Assembly (NCBI GenBank): GCA_039917855.1
Contig: JBDSIR010000107.1
Location: 1 to 63,558 of the forward strand
DNA length: 63,558 nt
From: Gemmatimonadales bacterium
Lineage (GTDB): Bacteria > Gemmatimonadota > Gemmatimonadetes > Gemmatimonadales > GWC2-71-9
Reading direction: 5' to 3'
Numbering within the stretch: position 1 is the first letter of the stretch; every line of letters begins with the position of its first letter. Position numbers and translations under genes: made by a program. Below the pieces are notes generated by a model. That model was not told the origin of the DNA. It worked only from the letters and a program-made list of their open reading frames with translations, and searched no databases. Shown one piece after another: positions 16,292 to 25,923 of the stretch.

Positions 16292-17842
16292 ATGCTGCTC
16301 GCTGCGCTGCTGGCCGCGCTACCGTCTCGCCACCTTGTCGCCCAGACCATCACCGCCGTCGAGATCGAACGCCACGACGTCTTCACCAGCGACGTGGCGC
16401 GCACCTTCTACGGCCGGATCGCCAACGCCCTCCACATCAAGACCCAGGATGCGGCCGTACGCCGGGAGATCCTGCTCCATCCCGGCCAGCCGTACGATTC
16501 CGCCCTCGCCGCCGAAGGGGCGCGGAACCTCCGTCGGCTCGGCGTCTTCCGGCAGGTGCGGGTCGACACGGCAACGACCGACTCCGGCTTCGTGCTGCGC
16601 TACATCACCGACGATGGCTGGAGCACCAAGGCCGACTTCCGGTTCGGCAGTACCGGCAGCGAGGTCACCTGGACCGTCGGCGCCTATGAGGACAACATCC
16701 TCGGTACCGCCGGCCAGCTCGCGTTCGAACACCGCAAGACCCCCGACCGCAGCACCAACACCTTCCTGTTCCAGCGCTCGCGCCTCTTCGCCAACAAGGT
16801 CTTCCTCCGCACCGAATACGTGGACAAGAGCGATGGCTGGCTCGCACTCGGGCAGACCGGCGTCCCCTGGCTCTCCGCCCAGAGCCGCGGCCGGGTCTTC
16901 CTTGCGGCCTTCGCCCGTGATGAACGGGTCCTGCGATTCCGGGGTGGTGGTACCGAGGCCGTCGATTCGGTGCGCCGAGTGCAGACCATCGTGCGGGGCG
17001 ATGTCGGATGGGCGCCGACCGCCGATGCCCGTCACTACCTCCGCCTCGGTCTCGCCGCGCAGGTGCGCCGCGACGACATCACTCCCTGGGCCGGGCCCGA
17101 TACGGTCGGGCGCAGCATTTCCGGTGCCCTGCTGGCGTGGACCGAGTTGAGCCGAGTGCGGTTCCTGGTGCTCCAGGGGTTCCGGACCTTCGTGCAGCAG
17201 GAGGATATCGACCTCAGCTATACGGCACGGCTCGGTGTGGCCGTCGCGCCGGCCCCCTGGGGCTACGCCCGGACGGGGATCGGGCCGCTGGTGGCGGTCC
17301 ACGGCGGCGAGCCGCTGGGCGCCAACGCCTTCCTCACGGCGGACCTGCGGCACAACTCGCTCTACACGTCGGGAGGACTCGACTCCGGGACCACCCAGAT
17401 CGGGTCCACGCTCGGATGGGTGGGGGGGCGCCGCCACGTCTTCGTGGCGCACGCCGAGGCGGGATGGAAGGAAGGCCTCGCCCCCGGTGATGAGTTCGAC
17501 CTCGGCCTCGGCGTCGGGCCCCGAGCCTTTCGCGGCCACGCGTTCACGGGGGACCGCAGTTTCTTCCTGACCACCGAGTATCGCTACACCATCAACGCCG
17601 ACCTCTGGGGGCTGATGGGGCTGGGTGTCGCCACATTTGTCGACCACGGGGGCGCCTGGTTCAAGGGGGACCCCGGCCGCACCGGGACCGATCTGGGGGT
17701 GGGGCTCCGGATCGGGCCGAGCCGGGCGACCAGCCTCTCTGTGCTCAGGATGGATCTGGCGCGGCGATTCGCGACCGATCAGCAGCCGGCGGGGTGGGTA
17801 TTCGTGGTGGGGAAGGGGCTGCCGTTCCAGGATCTCCGCTGA
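16292..17842 (+). CDS. Omp85/BamA-family outer-membrane protein (POTRA + surface-antigen beta-barrel)
   Basis: Frame of ORF 15551-17842. Start set to ATG 16292 (MLLAALLAALPSRHLVAQ signal peptide). POTRA-like ITAVEIERHDVF..GQPYDSALAAEGARNLRRLGVFRQVRVD. Long beta-barrel with aromatic-rich strands. Confidence 0.8.
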   Translation: MLLAALLAALPSRHLVAQTITAVEIERHDVFTSDVARTFYGRIANALHIKTQDAAVRREILLHPGQPYDSALAAEGARNLRRLGVFRQVRVDTATTDSGFVLRYITDDGWSTKADFRFGSTGSEVTWTVGAYEDNILGTAGQLAFEHRKTPDRSTNTFLFQRSRLFANKVFLRTEYVDKSDGWLALGQTGVPWLSAQSRGRVFLAAFARDERVLRFRGGGTEAVDSVRRVQTIVRGDVGWAPTADARHYLRLGLAAQVRRDDITPWAGPDTVGRSISGALLAWTELSRVRFLVLQGFRTFVQQEDIDLSYTARLGVAVAPAPWGYARTGIGPLVAVHGGEPLGANAFLTADLRHNSLYTSGGLDSGTTQIGSTLGWVGGRRHVFVAHAEAGWKEGLAPGDEFDLGLGVGPRAFRGHAFTGDRSFFLTTEYRYTINADLWGLMGLGVATFVDHGGAWFKGDPGRTGTDLGVGLRIGPSRATSLSVLRMDLARRFATDQQPAGWVFVVGKGLPFQDLR

Positions 17843-17850
17843 CTGTCGCT

Positions 17851-17877
17851 CCCCCTCTCCGCTTTGCGGAGAGGGGG
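17851..17877 (+). terminator. Perfect 12-bp GC hairpin 3' of the Omp85-like gene
   Basis: CCCCCTCTCCGC-ttt-GCGGAGAGGGGG, starting 9 nt after the TGA at 17842. No clear U-tract. Confidence 0.5.
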
Positions 17878-17961
17878 TCGGGGGGTGAGGCGGAATTAGG
17901 GCCGCGTGTCTGTCGGCGATGTTAGATTCTGTCCCAACATCACATTTCACCAGCGACTCCC

Positions 17962-18387
17962 ATGACCGACCCCACACCCGACGTCCCGCCGCCCGCCCAA
18001 CGCACCACGCCGAAGTGGATGAAGATCCTGCGCCTGACCGGCGTCGGGCTGGTCGTGTTGCCGGTGCTCTTCATTACGCTCTGGATCTGGGTTGCACTGC
18101 ACTGGTCCTACTCCGAAGGGGAGCGGGCGGGGACGTTGCAGAAGTTCTCCCGCAAGGGATGGCTCTGTAAGACGTGGGAAGGGGAGCTTCAGATCTCGAC
18201 CATCCCCGGTTCGGCGCCGATCCTCTGGGAGTTCAGCGTGCGCGATGACATCGTCGCCAACCAGCTCGCCGAGGCGGTGGCGCATAATGGGCGCGTAGCG
18301 CTCGAGTATGAGGAGCATCGCGGTGTGCCGAGCAGCTGCTTCGGGGAGACCCCGTATTTCGTTATTGGGATGCGGCTGGTGCAGTAG
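17962..18387 (+). CDS. Hypothetical membrane-anchored protein (141 aa)
   Basis: ORF 17962-18387(+). One TM helix LTGVGLVVLPVLFITLWIWVAL, then a soluble domain. No motif recognised. Confidence 0.6.
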   Translation: MTDPTPDVPPPAQRTTPKWMKILRLTGVGLVVLPVLFITLWIWVALHWSYSEGERAGTLQKFSRKGWLCKTWEGELQISTIPGSAPILWEFSVRDDIVANQLAEAVAHNGRVALEYEEHRGVPSSCFGETPYFVIGMRLVQ

Positions 18388-18436
18388 GACGGATGGGGGG
18401 ATCGAAATTCGGGATCGGATGCGGTTATTGCAAGGA

Positions 18437-18633
18437 GTCATCCCGAGCCTTGTCCTGAGCGCAGCGAAGGAAGAGCGAGGGACCTACTCTCAGTCGAGCA
18501 GGTCCCTCACGTCGTTCGGGACGGGTCCCAACTTTTCCTACCCGCCTACCCGCCTACCCACCTACCCGCCCCTTCCTCGCCGCCGAGTCGCGCTCCGCGC
18601 TCCTGTGGGCCGCTTCGATCGCCACCGATCCGC
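18437..18633. repeat. Composite element: REP-like core hairpin + CCTACCCG STR + ~75-nt conserved module
   Basis: Core GTCATCCCGAGC..GAGGGACCTAC..GCAGGTCCCTC..TTCGGGAC at 18437-18512. STR at 18537-18572. The module at 18569-18633 is ~90% identical by eye to 34275-34339. Confidence 0.75.
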
Positions 18634-19098
18634 CTACTTGCGCAGTATCTCGAACAGCCGCACCACGAAGCCGCTGGCGTCGTCGTAGATCCCCGGCACC
18701 GTGCTCTCGCGTGGGCCGGCGAGGTTGAGCGTCTTCACGTGGTGGGCGCGAGCCCAGCGGGCCACGACCCGCGCGTCAGGTGGGTTGCGAAGGTCGATGA
18801 CGAGATGGGGTTTGCCGTGTTTGCGGGCGAGCTCGATGGTGAGCTTGGTCCCTCCCTCGGCTTCTCCCTTGGTGAGGATCACCGTGCCGTCGGCGTCGCG
18901 CACGTTCCACTCGGTGCGGACCACGTAGTCGGTGGAGGGGGCTTCGTAGAGCGGGTAGCGGGCGGCGATGGGGCCGTCCTCGGCGAGGCGCCCGCGAGGG
19001 CACCAGCCGCCGCAGGGGATGCCGAGGACGAGGGCGACATCGAGGGCGGCGCGGTCGACGCCGGTCTGGCCGCCGGAGATGATTCGGGTGATCGGCAC
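18634..19098 (-). CDS. YpsA / putative molybdenum-carrier-like SLOG-fold protein
   Basis: ORF 18634-19098(-). The N-terminus IISGGQTGVDRAALDVALVLGIPCGGWCPRGRLAEDG matches my recollection of the MoCo-carrier/YpsA SLOG family signature. Confidence 0.75.
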   Translation of the reverse strand: MPITRIISGGQTGVDRAALDVALVLGIPCGGWCPRGRLAEDGPIAARYPLYEAPSTDYVVRTEWNVRDADGTVILTKGEAEGGTKLTIELARKHGKPHLVIDLRNPPDARVVARWARAHHVKTLNLAGPRESTVPGIYDDASGFVVRLFEILRK

Positions 19099-19143
19099 GC
19101 GGGGAAAGTAGTGCGGGCTTTCCCGCGTGGTCAGGGGTGGGGA

Positions 19144-20526
19144 TCAGGGTGCGGGGATGGCGGTTCCTTCGCGGTCGAAGAAAGGGGGGGACGACTGGTC
19201 CGAGTAGCTCTTGCAGTACACCGCTCCCGTCCCCGACCGGAGGCAGACGTCCTCTGGCCCGAACTGGGCCTCGGCGATGGCGGGGAGCGTTTCAATGTCG
19301 TTCACCCAGCCGTTGCAGAGCATTCGCGGCGAGCCCGGACCCCGCCAGACCGCGCCGCACCATCCGCCGAGCGTGACGGCTCGCACCGATCCATCCTGGA
19401 AGGACCGGCTCGGCAGCCCGCGGGCGGGGTCGTCGTGGAAGTGCCCATCGATCCCGAAGATTAATCCCCAGCAATACAGCTCCGACGATGTCGTGATCGC
19501 GCAGGCGCCGTTGTCCCCCGAGGCGATGGCGCGGGCCGTGAACGCGCCTGCGATCGGCTGCGGGATCGCCGAGGATCCCCCGATGGTCCCATTGCCGAGC
19601 TGACCCGACACATTGCTTCCCCAGCAGAGCACCTGACCTCCGGTGGAGATCCCGCAGCCGTGACCAGATCCCAGGGCCACACGGCTGAATGTCGTCCCCG
19701 GGAACGCGATAGTCGGCACGAGGCTGGCCAGGATCCCCCCGGCGTTCCCCCAGCACCACAGGACCCCCGCAGCGGTAGGTCCGCAGGTAACGTCATCGGC
19801 CGAGACGATCGAGGTCACGGGAGGGAGACCGACCGGGCGGACCGGGGTTGAGGTCCCCGGGCCCCACGTCGCTCCACTGGCGCCGGTCCCCAATGCGCCA
19901 TTCCAGTACATCCCCCAACACCCCACCTCGCCCGTCGCCGACCGGCCGCAGGCGTGGAAGTCACCCAAGGCCAGTTCGACGTAGTGGGCGGAGTCGGGCG
20001 CGATGGCCACCGGTCGCGGTACGCTCACCTCGTCGGCCTCCCCCGCGGTTCCACCCCAGTTGTCCCCCCAACACCAGGTGACCCCATTCTCGTCGATGCC
20101 GCACCCGAACGAGGTCCCGGTACCGATGCGGGTGAGGGCCAGAACCCGCTGTTCAGCTGACACGGTGATCGGATCCACCCCCAGCGCGGAGATCCGCAAT
20201 CGCTGGTCAGTGATTGGGAGCCCGAGCTTCCAACTCGCCACGGCCAGGCCATCGACACCGGTCACCGCCGAAGAGTGGGTGATACTGCCGGAACCGGCGC
20301 CTACCTGCCAACTCACCTCTGTGCCGACGATCGGCGCGCCTCGGTCATCGAGAAGGCGGACGACCACCAGCGAATCGAGAATCCAGCCCGGAGTTCCCGT
20401 CTGTCCAGCGCCTTGCACGACCTCGAAATGATCGGCCACCGGCGGACTGAAGGTCTCGGCGGTGCAGGCAGTGAGCAGCCCCGTCGTGAGGGAAAGGATG
20501 ATGCGGCGCCGGGGAAGCCAAGTCAT
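19144..20526 (-). CDS. RCC1-repeat lipoprotein with N-terminal Ig-like (Big) domain
   Basis: Frame of ORF 19144-20598. Start set to ATG 20524-20526 (MTWLPRRRIILSLTTGLLTAC, lipobox) within an ATGA overlap with the upstream paralogue. Repeated units of the type H.CG....G...CWG.N..GQLG. Confidence 0.8.
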   Translation of the reverse strand: MTWLPRRRIILSLTTGLLTACTAETFSPPVADHFEVVQGAGQTGTPGWILDSLVVVRLLDDRGAPIVGTEVSWQVGAGSGSITHSSAVTGVDGLAVASWKLGLPITDQRLRISALGVDPITVSAEQRVLALTRIGTGTSFGCGIDENGVTWCWGDNWGGTAGEADEVSVPRPVAIAPDSAHYVELALGDFHACGRSATGEVGCWGMYWNGALGTGASGATWGPGTSTPVRPVGLPPVTSIVSADDVTCGPTAAGVLWCWGNAGGILASLVPTIAFPGTTFSRVALGSGHGCGISTGGQVLCWGSNVSGQLGNGTIGGSSAIPQPIAGAFTARAIASGDNGACAITTSSELYCWGLIFGIDGHFHDDPARGLPSRSFQDGSVRAVTLGGWCGAVWRGPGSPRMLCNGWVNDIETLPAIAEAQFGPEDVCLRSGTGAVYCKSYSDQSSPPFFDREGTAIPAP

Positions 20527-21950
20527 CAGTCTTCGCCCGGCCAACGCGGCGTGACCCTGCCGCCGGTGGGGCGGGGGATCGCACCGGTCTCGCTGCAACC
20601 CGTGGGGGGCAATGAGGAACAGTTGACCTGGTCGACGATCTCACCGCTGCAATAGACATCCCCCGTCGCACCGATCAGGCAGAAACTGTATCGCCCGGCG
20701 ATCTGGCGCATCGGAATTGATCGCAATGCCTCCGGCAGCAGGGAATTCTCGCCGCGGAAGGAGTGGAACATGACCTGGCCGCCGATCCCGATGCCGGCGG
20801 TGTAATCGTCACCGATGGTGATCCCCGAGACCGAGACGGGGAAGGGAAGCCGGATCGGTGTCGGGTGCGGGCCGGGTGGCAGTCCCTCGTGACCGCGGCT
20901 GTACCCCCAGCACCAGGCGGCGCCGGCTGCGTCACGTCCGCAGGTGATATCGTAGCCCGCGCTGATCTGCACGAATTGGTGGCCACCGAGCACCGGTCCC
21001 GTCGGAGCGTTCCGCGAACTCCCGCTGTCGCCCAGGAGGCCATTCTGGCCCCAGCCCCAACAGTAGGCGGTGCCTAGGCCGGTGAGTCCGCAACTTTGAT
21101 TCCCTCCCAACGCCAATGCGACAAAACGAAGTGGCGTGACCACCTGACCCGCCGTCCCTCCGACCCCCGCCGTTCCCGATTCTCCATTGCCGTTCTTGCC
21201 CCAGCACCACGCCGTGGAGTCGACCCCGAGGCCGCAGCCATGCGCATCGCCGAGGACGATCGCGGTGAGGGCCGGAAGTCCGGATACTCGGAGGGGGAGG
21301 GCGCTATTCGCCAGCGTCGTCGACCCCTGTCCCAATCCACCGCTCCAATTCCACCCCCAGCACCAGACTTCGCCGGTCGGGGTGCGCCCGCAGCTCACAC
21401 TTTCGCCGGCCTGTACCTCCGCGAAGGTGTGGCCCCCGGAGACCCGCGTCGGTCGAAGGGTGTAGCTCCCCGCGGCGGCGTTCCCGAGGCGAGTGCTGTC
21501 ACCGCCCCAGCACCAGGTGACCGCCTCAGCATCGATCCCGCAGCCATGACTATACCCGGCGGTCACCTGGATCGCTCGGAAGGCCCGGGCTTCGGTCACG
21601 AAGGTGACCGGATCGCCACCGGCGACCGCGACCTGGGCACGTTGGAGGCCGGGGATGAGGTTGAACTTCCATCGCGCCGAGGCCAGCCCGTCGGGACCCG
21701 AGACCGAATCCGAAGGCACGAGGATCCCATCGCCGTCGATGACCTGCCAGGTCACCCGCGCCCCGGCACTCGGCCTCCCCTCGTCATCCACCACCCGGAT
21801 GAGAAGGAGGGAGTCGAGTTCGGTCGCCAAGCTCACGATCGCAGGGGGTCCATGCAGCACTTCCACCCCGGTAGGTCCAGGGGAGGTGAAGGTCTCAGCG
21901 GTGCATCCGACGAAAAATGCCGCCGCCAGCGGGACGAAGATTCGCCGCAT
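20526..21950 (-). CDS. RCC1-repeat lipoprotein with N-terminal Ig-like (Big) domain (paralogue)
   Basis: Frame of ORF 20526-22100. Start set to the ATG giving MRRIFVPLAAAFFVGCTAE (alternative start at 21965). Repeats such as SHGCGIDAEAVTWCWGGD and NQSCGLTGLGTAYCWGWGQNGLLG. Confidence 0.8.
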   Translation of the reverse strand: MRRIFVPLAAAFFVGCTAETFTSPGPTGVEVLHGPPAIVSLATELDSLLLIRVVDDEGRPSAGARVTWQVIDGDGILVPSDSVSGPDGLASARWKFNLIPGLQRAQVAVAGGDPVTFVTEARAFRAIQVTAGYSHGCGIDAEAVTWCWGGDSTRLGNAAAGSYTLRPTRVSGGHTFAEVQAGESVSCGRTPTGEVWCWGWNWSGGLGQGSTTLANSALPLRVSGLPALTAIVLGDAHGCGLGVDSTAWCWGKNGNGESGTAGVGGTAGQVVTPLRFVALALGGNQSCGLTGLGTAYCWGWGQNGLLGDSGSSRNAPTGPVLGGHQFVQISAGYDITCGRDAAGAAWCWGYSRGHEGLPPGPHPTPIRLPFPVSVSGITIGDDYTAGIGIGGQVMFHSFRGENSLLPEALRSIPMRQIAGRYSFCLIGATGDVYCSGEIVDQVNCSSLPPTGCSETGAIPRPTGGRVTPRWPGED

Positions 21951-22121
21951 GGACGTGTGCCTCATTGATGCAGAATGGGTGAGAGCCCCAGCGGCCACCG
22001 GGGACCATCTGATGTGACGTTCGCGGAGAAGGATGTTGCACATTGTGTGCAACCACAGCGGAGGCGGTCGTCTTGTATCTTCGGGACCGGGCCGGTCCAC
22101 TCAAGCCCACCAGAGGATCCG

Positions 22122-23327
22122 ATGTATAGCCGACTTGCGCTTCCCGCGCTGGCGCTCCTGACCGTTCTGGGTGCTTGCGACGTCGGGACCACTGAATCGA
22201 CCTCCGCGCGCATCACCGCATTCACCGCCAGTTTCCCCGCCGGCGATGGGTGCGCCGCGCGCGCGGATGGATCGGTCCTCTGCCGGGGTGCCAACTACTA
22301 CGGACGGCTCGGCATCGGCACGGCCGTGGAATACGAGTCTGACCCGACGAATGCAATTCCAGTTGACTCGCGAGCAGATTTTCACGCGGTGGCTGTGGGG
22401 TACGACCACGCCTGCGCCCTCGATGCCGATGGTGCGGCGTGGTGCTGGGGGAGCAATCGGAGCGGACAGCTCGGGGTCGGGGACACTACCGGTCCGGAGC
22501 GATGCAACGCGACACTGAGCTATTACCCGACGGTGATCGTCGGGACCATCGCCTGCGCGACGACGCCCATCAAGGTCGCGACCTCCAAGCGCTTCAAGTC
22601 CATCGATGCCGATGACGACGAGACCTGCGCCCTTACGAGTGGTGGAGAGCTCTGGTGCTGGGGATACGGGGAAGATGGCTTCGGTCTCGGCGCGAGCTCG
22701 GCGCCAGCCGGGTGCACCGGATACCTCTGCCCGTCGCCGATCCGGGCCGCGCCAGGGCTCACCTTCCGGATCTTCGACCTGAATTACTACGGCGCCTGCG
22801 GCACCGACGCGGCATTCCAGCTCTACTGCTGGGGCCAGGACTACGGTTCTGGCCGCTTCGGTCGAGTCCTGGGGGTCCCGGTGATCTGGAATGCGCCGAC
22901 CCCGATCAACAGCTCCGCCGCCGTTCAGGACTTCGCCTTGAGCGACACCTACACCTGCGTGGTGACAACGGCGGGGGCTCTCATGTGTTTCGGCCTGAAC
23001 GAGTCGGGGCAATTGGGGGATGGCACCACCGTTCCACGCGAGACCCCCATGCAGAGTGTGCCCCCCGTTCCCTTGAGTCATATCGCCGTCAGACCCGGGT
23101 ACTCGTCCAGGTCGAGCTGCGCCCTCGATCGGCAAGGCAAGGCGTGGTGCTGGGGTGCCAACGGGTCGGGGCAGCTCGGCACCGGGAACACCCTCCCGGC
23201 CCGTTCGCCGCAGCCGGTCCTGGGCGATCTCAGTTTCAAGGATATCAGTCTCGGTGGGCCGATCTGCGGCACGCGGAGCGATGGCATCTGGTGCTGGGGA
23301 CAACTGCCGAGCAGATTCGAGCAGTGA
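22122..23327 (+). CDS. RCC1-repeat lipoprotein (paralogue, no Big domain)
   Basis: Frame of ORF 21975-23327. Start set to ATG 22122 (MYSRLALPALALLTVLGAC lipobox). Repeats GYDHACALDADGAAWCWGSNRSGQLGVGD and SSCALDRQGKAWCWGANGSGQLGTG. Confidence 0.8.
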   Translation: MYSRLALPALALLTVLGACDVGTTESTSARITAFTASFPAGDGCAARADGSVLCRGANYYGRLGIGTAVEYESDPTNAIPVDSRADFHAVAVGYDHACALDADGAAWCWGSNRSGQLGVGDTTGPERCNATLSYYPTVIVGTIACATTPIKVATSKRFKSIDADDDETCALTSGGELWCWGYGEDGFGLGASSAPAGCTGYLCPSPIRAAPGLTFRIFDLNYYGACGTDAAFQLYCWGQDYGSGRFGRVLGVPVIWNAPTPINSSAAVQDFALSDTYTCVVTTAGALMCFGLNESGQLGDGTTVPRETPMQSVPPVPLSHIAVRPGYSSRSSCALDRQGKAWCWGANGSGQLGTGNTLPARSPQPVLGDLSFKDISLGGPICGTRSDGIWCWGQLPSRFEQ

Positions 23328-23340
23328 CCCCCGGCCCTGG

Positions 23341-24000
23341 ATGACCGACACCGACGAACTCTTCGCCGCGATCGCGGCCAACGACAGCGCCAAGATCGAT
23401 GCCCTCCTCGACGGGGACAGCGACCTCGCCTCCGCGCGCAATCACCAGGGACTCTCGGCGGTCCTCGCCGCCCTGTACTGCCGGCAGGAGGACATCCTCG
23501 CCGCCTTCCTCGACCGACTCCCTCCCCTCGACCTCTTCGAAGCGGCCGCGCTCGGCCTCCACGAACTGCTGGGCGAACTCCTTGATTCGGGCGACGACCT
23601 CGCCGCCTGGTCGGCCGACGGCTTCAGCTCCCTGCACCTCGCTGCCTTCTTCGGGCGCACCGCGACGGTGCGTGTCCTGCTCGAGCGCGGCGCCCCGGTC
23701 GACCGTCCCTCGCGGAACGGAATGAAGGTCACGCCCCTCCACTCGGCGGCGGCGGGTCACCACGCCGGCATCGGTGCGCTCCTGCTCGCCGCCGGCGCCG
23801 ACCCCAATGCCCGCCAGCACGGCGGCTTCGCGCCCCTCCACGCCGCAGCCCAGAACGGGGACCTCCCGTTGATCCAGGCCCTGCTCGACCACGGCGCCGA
23901 TCGGAATGCCCGTGACGACGACGGACGCACGGCGGCGGTCTGCGCCGAGGAGAAGGGGTATACCGAGATCGTGGAGCTGTTGACCGAGAGGGGTGGTTAG
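23341..24000 (+). CDS. Ankyrin-repeat protein
   Basis: Frame of ORF 23155-24000. Start at ATG 23341 (MTDTDELFAAI). ANK units G.S.LHLAAFFGRTATVRVLLERGA, TPLHSAAAGHHAGIGALLLAAGADPNA and FAPLHAAAQNGDLPLIQALLDHGAD. Confidence 0.85.
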   Translation: MTDTDELFAAIAANDSAKIDALLDGDSDLASARNHQGLSAVLAALYCRQEDILAAFLDRLPPLDLFEAAALGLHELLGELLDSGDDLAAWSADGFSSLHLAAFFGRTATVRVLLERGAPVDRPSRNGMKVTPLHSAAAGHHAGIGALLLAAGADPNARQHGGFAPLHAAAQNGDLPLIQALLDHGADRNARDDDGRTAAVCAEEKGYTEIVELLTERGG

Positions 24001-24029
24001 ATTTCAGGGGTCTACTTCCGGAACTTGAC

Positions 24030-24404
24030 ATGCTGCGTGTGCTTCACCGGGCCTTCCTGCCCGTGCTGCTTGCTTCACTCACCGTCGCCTCGGTCGCCTG
24101 GGCCTTCCACGCTTCCCTGGTGAAGGCTGCGCCCGCTATCGACGGGACCGTCTGCGCCGCTCCCACCGAGCTGACGCTCTGGTTCAATGAGCGTCCCGAT
24201 GTCGTGCTTTCCAATGTCCGGCTCATGGGTCCCGACTCTACGTCGATCCCGGTCGGCGCGCCTCACGCCGGCACCGATACGCTCGCACTCACCTCACCGG
24301 TCCGCGGTGCCCTGACCGCCGGCAAGTACACGGTGTTCTACCGCACCGCCGGCCCCGACGGCCATGTGATGCGCGGGAAGTATCAGTTCACCTACCAGCC
24401 CTGA
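24030..24404 (+). CDS. copC: CopC-domain periplasmic copper-binding protein
   Basis: ORF 24030-24404(+). Signal peptide, then AFHASLVKAAPAIDGTV..ELTLWFNE.., GKYTVFYRTAGPDGHVMRGKYQFTY. Confidence 0.8.
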   Translation: MLRVLHRAFLPVLLASLTVASVAWAFHASLVKAAPAIDGTVCAAPTELTLWFNERPDVVLSNVRLMGPDSTSIPVGAPHAGTDTLALTSPVRGALTAGKYTVFYRTAGPDGHVMRGKYQFTYQP

Positions 24405-24406
24405 GG

Positions 24407-25300
24407 ATGGAAGCGGTCGTACGGGCCCTCGGCTTCGTCGGTGCCCTGATCTGCATCGGCGCCATCCCGGCGCGCTCGCTCCTGCGGCGGAGCTGGGGCC
24501 GGGCCGATGATGCAGCGGCCCACACCGCCGCCCAGCAGCGCCTCACCTATCTCGTCTTCGCCGCCGCGTTCCTGCTTCCGCTGGCGGCGCTGGTCGCGCT
24601 TCGTGCCCAGGCGCTCGAGCTCGTCGATGAAGGGGAGCGCCTCAGCGCGGTCCAGTACGGACTGGCCCTCGGGAGCGGCTGGGGTGCGGCGTGGAAGGCG
24701 CAGGCCGCCGCCGGCCTCCTCGCCGTGATGGCCTGGATCCCGCGTCGGGGCTATCCCAGTTTCGGCCCCCGACTCGCTCCCCTCGCCGCGCTCGCTCTTG
24801 CCGCCACGCTCCCTCTCACCGGCCACGCCCGCCTCGTTTCCGGCGCACCGGTGCTCGGCGTACTCGGCATCTCCCTTCACCTGATCGGTGGCGGGCTCTG
24901 GCTCGGCACTCTCGCGGTGCTGGTGGTCGCGGGGTGGGCAGGGCCGACGGAGGGACTGGGGTCGAGGATCGCGCGGCTGTTCGCGAATTTCTCGCCGGTC
25001 GCGCTCACTGGTGCCGCACTCACGGCGTTGAGCGGTGTGATCACCGCGTGGCAGATGGTCGGCAGCGTCTCCGCGCTGACCGGCTCTCCCTACGGGCGCA
25101 CCCTGCTCCTCAAGCTCGGTTGCCTTGTCGGCGTCGCGGCGCTGGGCGCCTGGAACTGGCGGGTGGTACAGCCGCGCCTTGCCGCCGGCACCGGCGCGCC
25201 GTTGCTTCGGAGGTCGGCGTTCACCGAACTCGCATTCGGGGCGGCCCTCCTCGTCATCACCGCTCTGCTCGTCGTGCTTCCCGCTCCCGGACTCGAGTGA
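24407..25300 (+). CDS. copD: CopD-family integral membrane protein
   Basis: ORF 24407-25300(+). About 8 hydrophobic helices, placed directly after copC as in CopCD pairs. Confidence 0.75.
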   Translation: MEAVVRALGFVGALICIGAIPARSLLRRSWGRADDAAAHTAAQQRLTYLVFAAAFLLPLAALVALRAQALELVDEGERLSAVQYGLALGSGWGAAWKAQAAAGLLAVMAWIPRRGYPSFGPRLAPLAALALAATLPLTGHARLVSGAPVLGVLGISLHLIGGGLWLGTLAVLVVAGWAGPTEGLGSRIARLFANFSPVALTGAALTALSGVITAWQMVGSVSALTGSPYGRTLLLKLGCLVGVAALGAWNWRVVQPRLAAGTGAPLLRRSAFTELAFGAALLVITALLVVLPAPGLE

Positions 25301-25923
25301 TGCGCTATCTCTTCACCTGTCTCTTCCTCGGCGCTATGGCCTGCGACCGGGGACGCGTGCCGGCCCCCGATCCCCAGACCGACCCCTACAAGGGGCTCGA
25401 ACTCATGCAGGCGATGGGTAAGCCGGAATTCACCCTGACCGATCTTGACGGGAAGGCCTTCGATTTCCGGAAAGAGACCGACGGGCACCTGACGCTGCTC
25501 TTCTTCGGTTACACCAACTGCCCCGACGTCTGCCCGCTCCAGATGGCGAACATCGGCGCAGTACTCCGCCAACAGCCCCCCGAGGTGACCGATCGGGTGA
25601 AGGTGGTGTTCGTCACCACCGATCCAGAGCGTGACTCGATCCCGGTGCTGAGGGAGTTCCTCGGCCGCTTCAGCCCTCAGATCATCGGACTCACGGGCTC
25701 GCGGGAAGAGATCGGCGCCGCGCAGCAGGCGGCGAACCTCCTCCCCGCCTACCGTGATACGGTCAATCGACTGGTGAACGGCGGGTACTCCGTGGGGCAC
25801 GCGGCACAGGTGCTGGCGTACACCGCCGACGATTCGCTCCGGGTGGTCTATCCGTTCGGCATCCGCCAACAGGATTGGGCCTACGACATCCCGGAGCTGG
25901 CGCGGGTGGGGGGACCGCGGTGA
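25300..25923 (+). CDS. SCO1/SenC-family copper chaperone (thioredoxin fold)
   Basis: Frame of ORF 24691-25923. Start ATG 25300 overlaps the copD TGA. Lipoprotein-like MRYLFTCLFLGAMAC. CxxxC motif FFGYTNCPDVCP. Also VFVTTDPERD. Confidence 0.9.
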   Translation: MRYLFTCLFLGAMACDRGRVPAPDPQTDPYKGLELMQAMGKPEFTLTDLDGKAFDFRKETDGHLTLLFFGYTNCPDVCPLQMANIGAVLRQQPPEVTDRVKVVFVTTDPERDSIPVLREFLGRFSPQIIGLTGSREEIGAAQQAANLLPAYRDTVNRLVNGGYSVGHAAQVLAYTADDSLRVVYPFGIRQQDWAYDIPELARVGGPR

